Both the position numbers and the translations under genes were made by a program. From contig SVGU01000002.1 of the NCBI GenBank assembly GCA_015056155.1, positions 4,169 to 68,168 on the forward strand: a DNA stretch of 64,000 nucleotides. Direction: 5' to 3'. Positions 1 to 8,732 of the stretch are shown here, piece after piece. The notes beneath the pieces are model-generated. The model was not told the origin of the DNA. It did no database searches and saw nothing but the letters and a program-made list of their open reading frames with translations. The number at the start of each line of letters is the position of its first letter. Position 1 is the first letter of the stretch. Source of the stretch: Clostridiales bacterium. Its GTDB lineage: Bacteria > Bacillota > Clostridia > Christensenellales > Aristaeellaceae.

Positions 1-1650
1 CGTCATGTCGATGGTCATGCGTCCGTCACGGGTGAAGAGCGGGCTGTAATACCGCTCCTGCGGATGCTCTCCCCAGGCGCTGCGGAAGCGCTGCAGGTCC
101 TCCCGGGGCGTTTCGCCGTTCAGGCAGGGCAGCGTCCCCCGGCACACCATCCGCGCATGGGGCGTATAAACGTTGACCAGCCCGGCCCCGAGGCACTTCA
201 GGCCCAGGTCTGCGCCGGCAAGGTCGCCGGCATAGTCGCCGAAGCCGCCCAGACGCAGGAACAGCTCCCGCCGGATCAGCAGCAGCCCGCCGCTCACGCC
301 CGTCACATTCCGCACCAGCCGGTCGGTGATCATATACGGCCGGCCGTACAGCCACTGCCCGGCATGATGGCTGACCGCGCCGCCGGGGACGTCCACCGCA
401 TAGCCCGCGTGGCGGTAGAACCGCTTTGCGTCCAGGATCGCCGAGCCCACGCAGCCCACGTCAGGCCGCCGGGCATACATGAGCATCTCGTCCAGCCAGT
501 TTTCCTTCGTCTGCCGGTCCAGCGGGGTCATGCCGCTGTGCAGGAACAGCAGGTACTCCCCTTTGGCGCGCCGGGCGGCCTCATTGCGCTCCTCCGGGCT
601 GCCGACGCGGATGACCTCTCCCGGCAGCGGCGGGATGCGCCCCTCGCCCATGACGATGGCCGTCACCGCCCCTTCCGGCACGGCATAGCGGATGCGGACC
701 CTGAGCGTCTCCATGCCAACCCGGCCCTCCAGCCCGGTCCTGTGCAGCTGCTCCTGCACCGCATGGCAAGCCGCCTGCACGCACTTCTCCGCCTTCTGAT
801 GGCTGAAGGACGCGTCCAGCATCCGCCAGTGATACAGGATGCGCGGGATATGCACGATCTTCCGGGCCCGCTCGCAGGCCCGCAGCGCCAGGTCATGATC
901 CTGCGAGCCGTCGAACGCGCTGCGCAGCAGAGCCCCGTCCGCCCGGATGAGCTCCTCCGCCAGGTCGCGGGTCATGGCAGTGATGTGGCAGACATAGTTG
1001 CCCGCCCGCAGCGCATCCGGGGCGTAATCCGCCTTCAGGTGCGACTCGAAGAAGCGCGTGCCGTCCTCAGAGACCTTGTCCTCGTCGGTGTAGATGAAGT
1101 CCGCGCCGCCCTCCGCCGCCTCCAGGATGCAGCGCACCGCATCCGGCGCCAGCAGGTCGTCATGGTCGCACAGGGCGATCACATCCCCCGCTGCGATGGC
1201 ATAAGCCCTATTCGTGTTGCCGGAGATGCCGTCGTTTTCCTCCCCCATGACCACGCGGAAGCGCGCATCCCGCGCCGCCAGCTCCGCCAGCGCCTCGCGG
1301 GTCCGGGCGTCGGGGCTTGCACCATCGTAGATGCAGGCCTCCCACCGGTGGCAGGACTGCGCCAGGAGCGAATCCGCCAGCGCCCGCAGGTGCTCCGGAC
1401 GGGTGTTGTACGCCGGGATCAGGAAGGACAGCCGCCTGTCCGTGTGGAAGGGCGCGGGGTCCGGCCGCTCATGCCGCCGCCTCCACGTCTGATACGCCGC
1501 CTCCTCCGCCCGCCGGGCTGCGTTTTCCCTTTCGAGCACGTCCCGGTGGATGAGGGTCATCAGGCGCGTATAAACCATATCGGGAATGCAGCGGACGCCG
1601 TCATGGCGGACCCGCCGGACAAAGCTCCGGGCCGATGTGATGAGCGACAT
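1..1650 (-). CDS. Glycosyltransferase family 2 protein with two GT-A modules; the C-terminal end lies beyond the left window edge
   Basis: Absent from the ORF track because it is edge-truncated. Hand translation of the minus strand from ATG 1650 (GGGGAGG about 10 nt upstream) stays open for 550 codons to base 1: MSLITSARSF..RLSFLIPAYNTRPEHLRALADSLLAQ..ALCDHDDLLAPDA..ADFIYTDEDKV..ILYHWRML. A second module follows: GEYLLFLHSG..VTGVSGGLLLIRRELFLRLGGF. The overlapping + ORF 64..1692 is Arg/Pro/Ala-rich antisense noise. Confidence 0.8.
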   Translation of the reverse strand, partial: MSLITSARSFVRRVRHDGVRCIPDMVYTRLMTLIHRDVLERENAARRAEEAAYQTWRRRHERPDPAPFHTDRRLSFLIPAYNTRPEHLRALADSLLAQSCHRWEACIYDGASPDARTREALAELAARDARFRVVMGEENDGISGNTNRAYAIAAGDVIALCDHDDLLAPDAVRCILEAAEGGADFIYTDEDKVSEDGTRFFESHLKADYAPDALRAGNYVCHITAMTRDLAEELIRADGALLRSAFDGSQDHDLALRACERARKIVHIPRILYHWRMLDASFSHQKAEKCVQAACHAVQEQLHRTGLEGRVGMETLRVRIRYAVPEGAVTAIVMGEGRIPPLPGEVIRVGSPEERNEAARRAKGEYLLFLHSGMTPLDRQTKENWLDEMLMYARRPDVGCVGSAILDAKRFYRHAGYAVDVPGGAVSHHAGQWLYGRPYMITDRLVRNVTGVSGGLLLIRRELFLRLGGFGDYAGDLAGADLGLKCLGAGLVNVYTPHARMVCRGTLPCLNGETPREDLQRFRSAWGEHPQERYYSPLFTRDGRMTIDMT

Positions 1651-1760
1651 GCCGCGCCAGCCTCCCCTGCAAGAATACTGTCCCCATTATAACACTCCCG
1701 CCGCAGCTTGCACAATACGCCGGGGAGGAAAAAAGCTTGGACAAATTCTCATTTTGGGGG

Positions 1761-1789
1761 CTGACAAGCGCCGCCGGATGTGCTAATAT
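1761..1789 (+). promoter_or_regulatory. Sigma-70-type promoter candidate for the 1825 gene
   Basis: CTGACA (1761-1766), 17-nt spacer, TGc-TAATAT (1784-1789). Confidence 0.4.
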
Positions 1790-1824
1790 AGGCAGGAAAA
1801 TCATCCCCCTCCGGAGGATCCCCG

Positions 1825-2475
1825 ATGCTGAAGAAGCTTTACCGTCATCTTTTCTGCCAGCCCCACATGGAGCGCCGCATCCCGGTGCTGCTGCTGAGCG
1901 TCATCCTGATGGGCATGTGCGTGGCCTTCTTTGAGAAGCTGCGCGTGGGCACCGACCCCAGCACCGTGCTGAACCTGAGCTTCGCGCAGAACGTGCTGGG
2001 CTGGGAAGGCCTGGGGACGTGGCAGTTCATCTTCAACCTGATCCTGCTGGTGATCATCCTGCTGCTGAAGGAGGGCCGGTTCATCGGCCTGGGCTCCCTG
2101 GCGAACATGGTGCTGGTGGGCTACTCCCGCGATTTCTTCAAGCCCGTGGTGGAATCGCTGCTCCCGGGCGAGGTCGAATCGCTGCTGGTGCGCGGCGGCG
2201 TCTTCATCCCGACCACGGCGCTGTTCCTGGTGGCCGTTGCGTTCTACATGGTGGTGGAGCTGGGCTCCGCGCCCTACGACGCGGTCCCGCAGATCATCGC
2301 CGCCCATACGAAGAAGATCCCCTTCGCGCCCATCCGCATCGGCTACGACACGCTCATGACCGCCATCGGCGTGCTGCTGGGCGGCCAGATCGGCCTGTTC
2401 ACCGTGGCCGCCTGCCTCTTCCTCGGTCCGGTGATCCAGTGGATCGCCGACAAGTTCCGCCCCTGGTTCCAGTGA
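1825..2475 (+). CDS. Polytopic membrane protein, YczE/YitT-like
   Basis: 216-aa ORF with 5-6 hydrophobic segments and coding-like G+C-rich third positions. The family name is from memory of YczE-type proteins only. Confidence 0.65.
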   Translation: MLKKLYRHLFCQPHMERRIPVLLLSVILMGMCVAFFEKLRVGTDPSTVLNLSFAQNVLGWEGLGTWQFIFNLILLVIILLLKEGRFIGLGSLANMVLVGYSRDFFKPVVESLLPGEVESLLVRGGVFIPTTALFLVAVAFYMVVELGSAPYDAVPQIIAAHTKKIPFAPIRIGYDTLMTAIGVLLGGQIGLFTVAACLFLGPVIQWIADKFRPWFQ

Positions 2476-2525
2476 CCCCCTCCCTGCGGCCTGACCGCCC
2501 GACCTCCCGTCAGAAAGGAACACCT

Positions 2526-2744
2526 ATGAACAAACAGCGTATCGCCGCCATCGTCGGCCTCGTCCTGATCATCCTGAGCGTCCTGTGTGTCGTCCTCGTG
2601 GGCGTGCTGCCCCAGGCCAAGGACCTGCTGATGGCCATCAGCACCGTCACCTTCCTCTCCGCCGCCACCATCCTGGGCATCCTCGTCTACCGCCGCAAGG
2701 CCGCCGAGGAAGCCGGGAACGAAGACAGCGCCGACGACCAGTGA
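2526..2744 (+). CDS. Small two-TM membrane protein with acidic tail (hypothetical)
   Basis: ATG 2526 preceded by GAAAGGAA. Translation: MNKQRIAAIVGLVLIILSVLCVVLVGV..TVTFLSAATILGILVYRRKAAEEAGNEDSADDQ. Followed by a terminator-like hairpin. The track shows it only as the tail of a longer out-of-frame-looking ORF, 2019..2744. Confidence 0.55.
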   Translation: MNKQRIAAIVGLVLIILSVLCVVLVGVLPQAKDLLMAISTVTFLSAATILGILVYRRKAAEEAGNEDSADDQ

Positions 2745-2752
2745 CCCCCACA

Positions 2753-2788
2753 GGCAGGCTGCCCACGACCGGGCGGTCTGCCTTTTTT
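2753..2788 (+). terminator. Intrinsic terminator candidate
   Basis: GGCAG..GCCC-acgacc-GGGC..CTGCC followed by TTTTTT (2783-2788). Confidence 0.55.
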
Positions 2789-2928
2789 GTCCGGGGAACG
2801 GATCCGCCGGCAGGGCGGGGCGCATGAACATTCCCGCCTCTTCCGCAAGGACGGAAAGCCCCGGCGGCCTCCTCCGTGCTATCATCAGACCATCGCCGGG
2901 ATGACCCGGCACGAAAGGAGGGATGACG

Positions 2929-4200
2929 ATGCAGCGCATCCTCGACCTGATCGAAGCGACCCTCGATGCAGACCTGTCGCCCGCAGAGCTCGCCGAAAAG
3001 TCCGGCTACTCCCTGTGGCATTTCCTGCACCTGTTCTCGCAGGAGGTGGGCATGCCGCTCCGGCGCTACCGCACCCGCCGCAGGCTGGCGCATGCCATCT
3101 GGCACATGAGTCAGGGCATGGGCGCGACCGACGCGGCGCTCCGCTGGGGCTTTGACACCCATTCCGGCTTCTTCCGCGCTTTCCGCCGCGAATACGGCAT
3201 GCCCCCCGCCGCTTATCTGCGCCTCCACCCGGCCGCTGCGCCGTCCGTCCCTGTGCTGAAGGAGGAGGTATACCGAATGCTGACCCGTGAACGCTTCCGC
3301 GAAGCCCTCGCCCACTGGGGCGGTGAGTACGCTTCGCTTCCCCTGACGCCCGTGATCTTCCCCCATGGCGGGCAGATCAGCGACTCCGCGATGTATGCGG
3401 GCGACGACCATGTCCTCAAGGCCTATCTGGATGAGCAATCCTGCCGCCTGGCGGTGCTTCTGGCCGATGCGCTGGATGCGCAGGGCATCCCCTCCGCGCG
3501 GGCGCTTCCGCTGCCGGACGGCCGCTGCGCCCTGCCCTTCCCGGCGGGGATGTGGATGACCCTGTGCCGCCGCGTCCCGGGCGCACCCATGCGCTCCGCC
3601 GACCTGATCCGCACGCCCATGGAAAGCGGCCTGCGCATCGGCGCGGCGCTGGCGCGGCTCCACAAGGCTGCCGAAGCCCTCGGCGACGCCGCCGGCGCGG
3701 ATGACGAGCCGTATTCCGACCACATCCTGAACTGGGCGCTGCCCCGCGCCCGGGACTTCCTGCCGGAGGATTTCCCCGCCGATTACGCGCAGCAGGTCGA
3801 AGCCCTCCGCGCGCTTCCGCCGGTCCTCATCCACCGCGACCCCAACCCCGCCAACCTGATCGACTGCGGCGGGGAGACAGGCTTTGTCGATTTTGATCTC
3901 AGCCGCCGCTTCACCCGTGTTTTCGACCCCTGCTACACCGCGACGGCCGTGCTGTCGGAGGTGTTTGAGCATGACGATCTCCCCTGGCAGGAGAACTGGC
4001 CGGTGTTCTGCCGGGCGCTCCTGACCGGCTACGATCAGGTTTCGCCGCTGACCGCCGGGGAATGGCAGGCAGTCCCCGCCCTGCTTCTGGGCAACGAGCT
4101 GCTCTCCATCGCCGCCTTTGCAGACAGCAGCAAATACCGTCATGTGTTCGAGACGAACCGCCGGATGCTCCCCTGGCTCCTGCGTCACCTGCCCTGCTGA
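2929..4200 (+). CDS. AraC-family HTH domain fused to an aminoglycoside-phosphotransferase/choline-kinase-like (APH) domain
   Basis: The start was moved to ATG 2929 (AAGGAGG 7 nt upstream); track ATG 2923 is too close to the SD. The N-terminus SGYSLWHFLHLFSQEVGMPLRRYRTRRRL..GFDTHSGFFRAFRREYGMPP is an AraC HTH_18 signature. The C-terminal part carries the kinase-fold motifs VLIHRDPNPANLI (HxDxxxxN, about 3825-3860) and GFVDFDLS. Confidence 0.85.
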   Translation: MQRILDLIEATLDADLSPAELAEKSGYSLWHFLHLFSQEVGMPLRRYRTRRRLAHAIWHMSQGMGATDAALRWGFDTHSGFFRAFRREYGMPPAAYLRLHPAAAPSVPVLKEEVYRMLTRERFREALAHWGGEYASLPLTPVIFPHGGQISDSAMYAGDDHVLKAYLDEQSCRLAVLLADALDAQGIPSARALPLPDGRCALPFPAGMWMTLCRRVPGAPMRSADLIRTPMESGLRIGAALARLHKAAEALGDAAGADDEPYSDHILNWALPRARDFLPEDFPADYAQQVEALRALPPVLIHRDPNPANLIDCGGETGFVDFDLSRRFTRVFDPCYTATAVLSEVFEHDDLPWQENWPVFCRALLTGYDQVSPLTAGEWQAVPALLLGNELLSIAAFADSSKYRHVFETNRRMLPWLLRHLPC

Positions 4201-4302
4201 GCGTCCGGTGTTACACTTGTAAACTCTTGCGCCGCAGGGAATATCTTCCGTGCGCCTCCCGTTCTGTTGGTGTACACCACATGAACGACAGGAGGTCATC
4301 CC

Positions 4303-5412
4303 ATGAAGAAGCTGTTCCCGATCCTGCTGGCACTGGCGCTGATGCTGTGCAGCCTTCCCGCGCTTGCCGACGGCGCATCCGTCCTGAATGCCCTGCCCGC
4401 GGACGTGCAGTCCTACCTGCGCATCCGGGCGGAAAAGGACGACTACCGCACGCTGGACTGCGTGCAGCCCGCCTCCGGCGACTGCCTGTTCGTCGCCGCC
4501 TCCGACGGCGATGACAACCGCCTCCTCTGCTTCCGCCTGAAGGACGGCGTCTGGACCTACCAGTGGAACCGGATCAGCCCCATGCCCCGCGTGGAATACG
4601 ACGTGACGCTGTGCGACCTGTCCGGCAGCCTCTACAACGGCATGCAGCTGGGCGTCGCCTTCTCCATCCGGGAAAACGCCGCTCCCTGGCGCGAATGCGT
4701 CTATGAGCTGGACGGCAGCGTATGGCAGCTGGTCATGGTCTGCCAGCACGACACGGACGATACCATCATTGACACCTACCGCGTGGAGAGCGGCGTCGTG
4801 CGCTACGACGGCTGGCGCAAGGACGGCCAGCAGCGCATCTACGGCACCCTCCAGCGGGACCTGCGCTACTTCTCCTGGTACGATTTCCCCTTCTTCGACC
4901 TGGAAGCCCTGCGCGGCGTGATGTCCAGCCCGCCCCGCATCCCCGCAGGCACCCTCTCCGCCCAGCGCGTGCAGTTCCGCGGCGGCAGGAAGTACCCCGT
5001 GTACAACGGCCCCGGCACTGCGTACGGCCAGTCCGGCAACGGCAGCGCCCACGTGAGCACCAACGACTGGATCCAGGTCTTCGGCGAGGAGGACGGCTGG
5101 ATCATGATCCAGTACGACATCACCCGCGATCGCATGCGCATCGGCTGGATCGAGGCGGACGCCCTGCCTTCCGGCACGACCGTCCCGCAGCTGCGCTTCA
5201 CCCCCATCCCCGTCGCCGTGCTCTCCGGCGTCAGCCTCACCGACGACCCGCTGGGCTCGCAGGATTCCTGCGGCTATCTGCGCGAGGGCGTGACGGTGCA
5301 GTGGCTGGCCACGATGGGCGACTGGGCCTATGTCGAGAGCACCGACGGCAGCCTCCTGCGCGGCTTTGTCCCTCTGAACCGGATCTCCTCCGGGGCGGAA
5401 TGGGAAAAGTAA
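4303..5412 (+). CDS. Secreted protein with C-terminal SH3b-like repeats (hypothetical)
   Basis: Signal peptide MKKLFPILLALALMLCSLPALA. The C-terminal segments ..NDWIQVFGEEDGWIMIQYD.. and ..VQWLATMGDWAYVESTDGSLLRGFVP.. resemble bacterial SH3 folds. SD AGGAGG before the ATG. Confidence 0.75.
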   Translation: MKKLFPILLALALMLCSLPALADGASVLNALPADVQSYLRIRAEKDDYRTLDCVQPASGDCLFVAASDGDDNRLLCFRLKDGVWTYQWNRISPMPRVEYDVTLCDLSGSLYNGMQLGVAFSIRENAAPWRECVYELDGSVWQLVMVCQHDTDDTIIDTYRVESGVVRYDGWRKDGQQRIYGTLQRDLRYFSWYDFPFFDLEALRGVMSSPPRIPAGTLSAQRVQFRGGRKYPVYNGPGTAYGQSGNGSAHVSTNDWIQVFGEEDGWIMIQYDITRDRMRIGWIEADALPSGTTVPQLRFTPIPVAVLSGVSLTDDPLGSQDSCGYLREGVTVQWLATMGDWAYVESTDGSLLRGFVPLNRISSGAEWEK

Positions 5413-5430
5413 GCCGCCGCGCCATAGCAA

Positions 5431-5475
5431 AGCAGCACCCTGTCCCTGTGCGGGATGGGGTGCTGCTGCGTTTAT
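5431..5475. terminator. Bidirectional intrinsic terminator between convergent genes
   Basis: AGCAGCACCC (5431-5440) pairs with GGGGTGCTGCT (5457-5467). It is flanked by an A-run upstream and GCGTTTATT downstream. Confidence 0.6.
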
Positions 5476-6002
5476 TCGTCCTCGAGGCGGGTGAGGGTGC
5501 CGCGCTGGTTCCTCAGGGCAAACAGAAGCGAAATGAACGCCGGGTGATACGGCAGAAACGTGCCCTCCCGGATCATCCGCTGGATCTCCGCCTCCTCCGC
5601 CCACCGGACCGCCTGCACCTCGCTTTCCTGCAGGGTCAGCGACGTCAAATCCACCTCCCGGACAACGATGTAGATATCGTCAAAGCCCACGTCGAAGGGA
5701 ATGGTCACCTTGGGCGTTTCACCCGTCAGGTCCAGGTCGAGGCCGATCTCCTCCCGGACCTCGCGCTGGGCGGCAGTGCGGCTGTTGTCGCCGGATATCG
5801 CGCTGCCGCCGACGGTCAGGTCCCACATGTCCGGCCAGCCCGCCTTGAAGGGCTGCCGCTGCTGGATGAGCATCTGCCCCCGGGGATTGAAGATCACCAC
5901 ATGCGCCACCATATGGTAGCGCTCCGGCGGCAGCTGCACGCCGCGCACATGGGTCTCGCCGGTCTTCCGCCGGTCGATGTCGTACAGGTCCCAAAGCTCC
6001 AT
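5472..6002 (-). CDS. NUDIX hydrolase
   Basis: True start is ATG 6002 (GGGAGG upstream): MELWDLYDIDRRKTG... The Nudix box is GGSAISGDNSRTAAQREVREEIGL. The track ORF 5472..6359 extends spuriously upstream into the tandem repeats. Confidence 0.9.
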   Translation of the reverse strand: MELWDLYDIDRRKTGETHVRGVQLPPERYHMVAHVVIFNPRGQMLIQQRQPFKAGWPDMWDLTVGGSAISGDNSRTAAQREVREEIGLDLDLTGETPKVTIPFDVGFDDIYIVVREVDLTSLTLQESEVQAVRWAEEAEIQRMIREGTFLPYHPAFISLLFALRNQRGTLTRLEDE

Positions 6003-6078
6003 TTCTTGAGCGCCTCCCTGCCTTTGTGTAATCGGGAAAGCCATTATATCACCGGCAGCGGAGGGTGTCAATGGCGCG

Positions 6079-6099
6079 GGCTCCCTCAGAGAGGGAGCC
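6079..6099. repeat. GC-rich palindrome GGCTCCCTC-aga-GAGGGAGCC (core of repeat family C)
   Basis: Perfect 9-bp arms. The same core occurs at 25851-25869 and 39862-39880. Confidence 0.8.
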
Positions 6100-6117
6100 T
6101 TTTTGTAGCAGTACCGT

Positions 6118-6435
6118 GTCGCGCCGCGCCTGTCGCACGGCGTGACTCCCGCAAGGCAGCCGCCAAGCCACCCCCGCACCGCCCCACGCGAACGCAGCCC
6201 CAACCGAAGGCACACAGCCCGATCGCGCAGCGGGAGTCCAGAGAGGCTGTGTCCCTCTGGCGGGGCGCCGGGGCAGAGCGTCGCGCCGTGCCTGTCGCGC
6301 GGTGTGACTCCCGCAAGAAAGCCACCAAGCCGCACCGCTCCACGCGAACGCAGCCCCAACCGAAGGCGCGCAGCCCGATCGCGCAGCGGGAGTCCAGAGG
6401 GGCTGTGTCCCTCTGGCGGGGCGCCGGGGCAGAGC
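6118..6435. repeat. Tandem direct repeat, two copies of about 160 bp, non-coding
   Basis: Copy 1 is 6118-6279 and copy 2 is 6280-6435 (GTCGCGCCG.GCCTGTCGC.CGG.GTGACTCCCGCAAG...CAGCCCCAACCGAAGGC.C.CAGCCCGATCGCGCAGCGGGAGTCCAGAG.GGCTGTGTCCCTCTGGCGGGGCGCCGGGGCAGAGC). The copies differ by point changes and a 6-bp indel. Confidence 0.9.
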
Positions 6436-6527
6436 CCCGGCTGTCCTTCCTGTGTTCGGGACTTTCGCGAGGGGGAAAAATGTGCTACAATAGCAGGCGA
6501 GAACTGTCATTAAGGAGGCGTCCCCTC

Positions 6528-7706
6528 ATGGATTATAATCAGCTGTCCCTGGAAATGCACGAAAAGCACCGCGGCAAGGTCGGGGTGGTCAGCAAGGTCC
6601 GGGTGGAAAACCGGGAAGACCTGTCCACGGCGTATACCCCCGGCGTGGCGGAGCCCTGCCGGAAGATCGCCGCTGACCCCCGCGAGGTGTACCGCTACAC
6701 GGCCAAGGGCAACCTGGTCGCGGTGGTGTCGGACGGCACGGCGGTGCTGGGTCTGGGCGACATCGGCCCGGAGGCAGCCATGCCCGTCATGGAGGGCAAG
6801 GCGATCCTGTTCAAGGAATTCGCCGATGTGGACGCCTTCCCCATCTGCCTGGCCACGAAGGACGTGGAGGAGATCATCCGCACGGTCAAGTACCTCGCCC
6901 CCACCTTCGGCGGCATCAACCTGGAGGATATCTCCGCCCCCCGCTGCTTCGAGATCGAAAAGCGCCTGCGGGAGGAGCTGGACATCCCCGTCTTCCACGA
7001 CGACCAGCACGGCACGGCCATCGTCGTGTCCGCAGGCCTGATCAATGCGCTGAAGCTGGTGGGCAAGCGGATGGAGGAAGCGGAGATCGTCATCAACGGC
7101 GCAGGCAGCGCGGGCATCTCCATCGCGCGGCTGCTGCTGCAATTCGGCGCGGGCAACATCGTGCTCGTGGACAAAAACGGCGCCGTCAGCGCGGACGAGG
7201 ACTGGCTCAATCCCGCCCAGCGCCAGATGGCCGCGATCACGAACCGGCGCAACGAACGCGGCCCGCTGAGCGAGATCATGAAGGGCAAGGACGTGTTCAT
7301 CGGCGTGTCCGCGCCGAAGATCGTCACGGCGGACATGGTCGCCACGATGGCACAGGATGCGATCGTCTTCGCCATGGCCAACCCGACCCCGGAGATCATG
7401 CCCGAGGAGGCAGCCCGGGGCGGCGCGCGCGTCATCGCCACCGGCCGCAGCGACTATCCCAACCAGATCAACAACGTGCTGGTCTTCCCCGGCATCTTCC
7501 GCGGCGCGCTGGACGCCCAGGCCACGGACATCACCGAGGAAATGAAGCTGACCGCCGCCCGCGCCATCGCCGCCATCGTCACCGACGGGGAGCTGCGCGA
7601 GGACTACATCATCCCCGGCGCCTTCGACAAGCGGGTCGCCCCGGCGGTGGCCAACGCCGTCATGGAATGCGCCAGAAGGCAGGGCGTGTCCAAGCTGGAC
7701 AGGTAA
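6528..7706 (+). CDS. NAD(P)-dependent malic enzyme (short form)
   Basis: ATG 6528 after TAAGGAGG. Translation: MDYNQLSLEMHEKHRGK..YTPGVAEPC..VVSDGTAVLGLGDIG..PVFHDDQHGTAIV..INGAGSAGISIA..NNVLVFPGIFRGALD. The track ORF 5301..7706 carries a false N-terminal extension across the repeats. Confidence 0.93.
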   Translation: MDYNQLSLEMHEKHRGKVGVVSKVRVENREDLSTAYTPGVAEPCRKIAADPREVYRYTAKGNLVAVVSDGTAVLGLGDIGPEAAMPVMEGKAILFKEFADVDAFPICLATKDVEEIIRTVKYLAPTFGGINLEDISAPRCFEIEKRLREELDIPVFHDDQHGTAIVVSAGLINALKLVGKRMEEAEIVINGAGSAGISIARLLLQFGAGNIVLVDKNGAVSADEDWLNPAQRQMAAITNRRNERGPLSEIMKGKDVFIGVSAPKIVTADMVATMAQDAIVFAMANPTPEIMPEEAARGGARVIATGRSDYPNQINNVLVFPGIFRGALDAQATDITEEMKLTAARAIAAIVTDGELREDYIIPGAFDKRVAPAVANAVMECARRQGVSKLDR

Positions 7707-7721
7707 GTGCAGGAGGTCCCC

Positions 7722-8294
7722 ATGTCCATTCTTCTCACGGGCTTTGAGCCCTTCGGCGGCGTGGAGCGCAACCCCTCGTGGGAGGCGGTGCAGCTCGTGC
7801 CGGATCAGATCGTCGGCCGCGCGGTGCACAGGCTGTGCCTGCCGGTGGAGTACGGCAGGGCCGCAGAGCTGCTTATGGCGGAAATCCGCCGGCTGCGGCC
7901 TGCGCTGGTCATCTGCTGCGGCGTGGCGGTGGGGCGCGAGGGCGTGACGCCGGAGCTGGTCGCGATCAACTACCGTCAGGCGGCCATCGCCGACAACGCC
8001 GGTCTTCTCTGCCGGGGCGAGCCTATCTGCCCCGGCGGCGAGACTGCCTACATGACCCGCCTGCCCGTCAACGACATCGTCGACGCCATCCGCGCGCTGG
8101 ACATCCCCGCCCGGCTGAGCCTCTCCGCCGGAGCGTATGTCTGCAATGACCTGTATTATCATGCGCTGGCGGCGGAAAGGGAGCTTGCCTGCCGGAGCCT
8201 GTTCGTGCACGTGCCGGGCGAGGAGGCCGTCGATGCCGCCCGGGCGGCGCAGGCGATCGCCGCCTGCATCGAAACGGCGCTGAAAACCGAATAA
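7722..8294 (+). CDS. pcp: Pyroglutamyl-peptidase I
   Basis: ATG 7722 after AGGAGG. Translation: MSILLTGFEPFGGVERNPSWE..LVICCGVAVGREGVTPELVAIN..SAGAYVCNDLYY..LFVHVP, consistent with the Cys/His catalytic context of peptidase C15. Confidence 0.9.
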   Translation: MSILLTGFEPFGGVERNPSWEAVQLVPDQIVGRAVHRLCLPVEYGRAAELLMAEIRRLRPALVICCGVAVGREGVTPELVAINYRQAAIADNAGLLCRGEPICPGGETAYMTRLPVNDIVDAIRALDIPARLSLSAGAYVCNDLYYHALAAERELACRSLFVHVPGEEAVDAARAAQAIAACIETALKTE

Positions 8295-8336
8295 GTCCGC
8301 TCATTCAGGGGGATGCTTTCTGCGAGGTGAAACGAT

Positions 8337-8732
8337 ATGCGCAGGGTGCATCCCCTTTGGCGTGGGTTCTGGCTGGCCGTGGTGATGACGGCGGCGCTGG
8401 TACTGACGGGCGGCGTGGACTGGCTGGCGGCATACCGGATGGACAGGCAGGCGGCTGCACTCGGCGCCGGAACGGCAGCGGGGGCGCTGCTGGCGTCGCT
8501 GCCCGGACGGCTCCTGCGGCGCGGCACACGTCCCGCCCGGACGACGTGGCAGGGCTGTCTGCGCGCCTTCCTCTGCGGCTGCGCCATGGTCATCGCCGCC
8601 GCTGCCGCCGGGTCCGGGCGCATCCTCCCTGCCCTCATGGAGGGCAGCGCAGGCGCGTACGCCTTCGTGCCGGCCGCCTGGCTGAGCGGCTGCATCACAG
8701 CTCGCATCGCAGAAAGGAGGGCCCGCGCATGA
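8337..8732 (+). CDS. Membrane protein, possibly a YeeE/YedE-like half-transporter
   Basis: 131-aa hydrophobic ORF. Its stop overlaps the next start (ATGA at 8729-8732), which suggests a coupled pair. The function call is weak. Confidence 0.5.
   Translation: MRRVHPLWRGFWLAVVMTAALVLTGGVDWLAAYRMDRQAAALGAGTAAGALLASLPGRLLRRGTRPARTTWQGCLRAFLCGCAMVIAAAAAGSGRILPALMEGSAGAYAFVPAAWLSGCITARIAERRARA

Noticed and set aside
2647-5604. 985-aa minus-strand ORF spanning several plus-strand genes
   Set aside because: It crosses three independently supported genes (AraC-APH, the secreted SH3b protein and the terminator region). It is Arg/Gly/Ala-rich, has no SD and has no recognisable domain.
5301-6527. N-terminal ~400-aa extension of the malic-enzyme ORF (track ORF 5301..7706) and the extension of the NUDIX ORF to 6359
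   Set aside because: The extensions run through the terminator, the opposite-strand NUDIX gene and the 160-bp tandem repeats. Proper SD-ATG pairs exist at 6528 and 6002.
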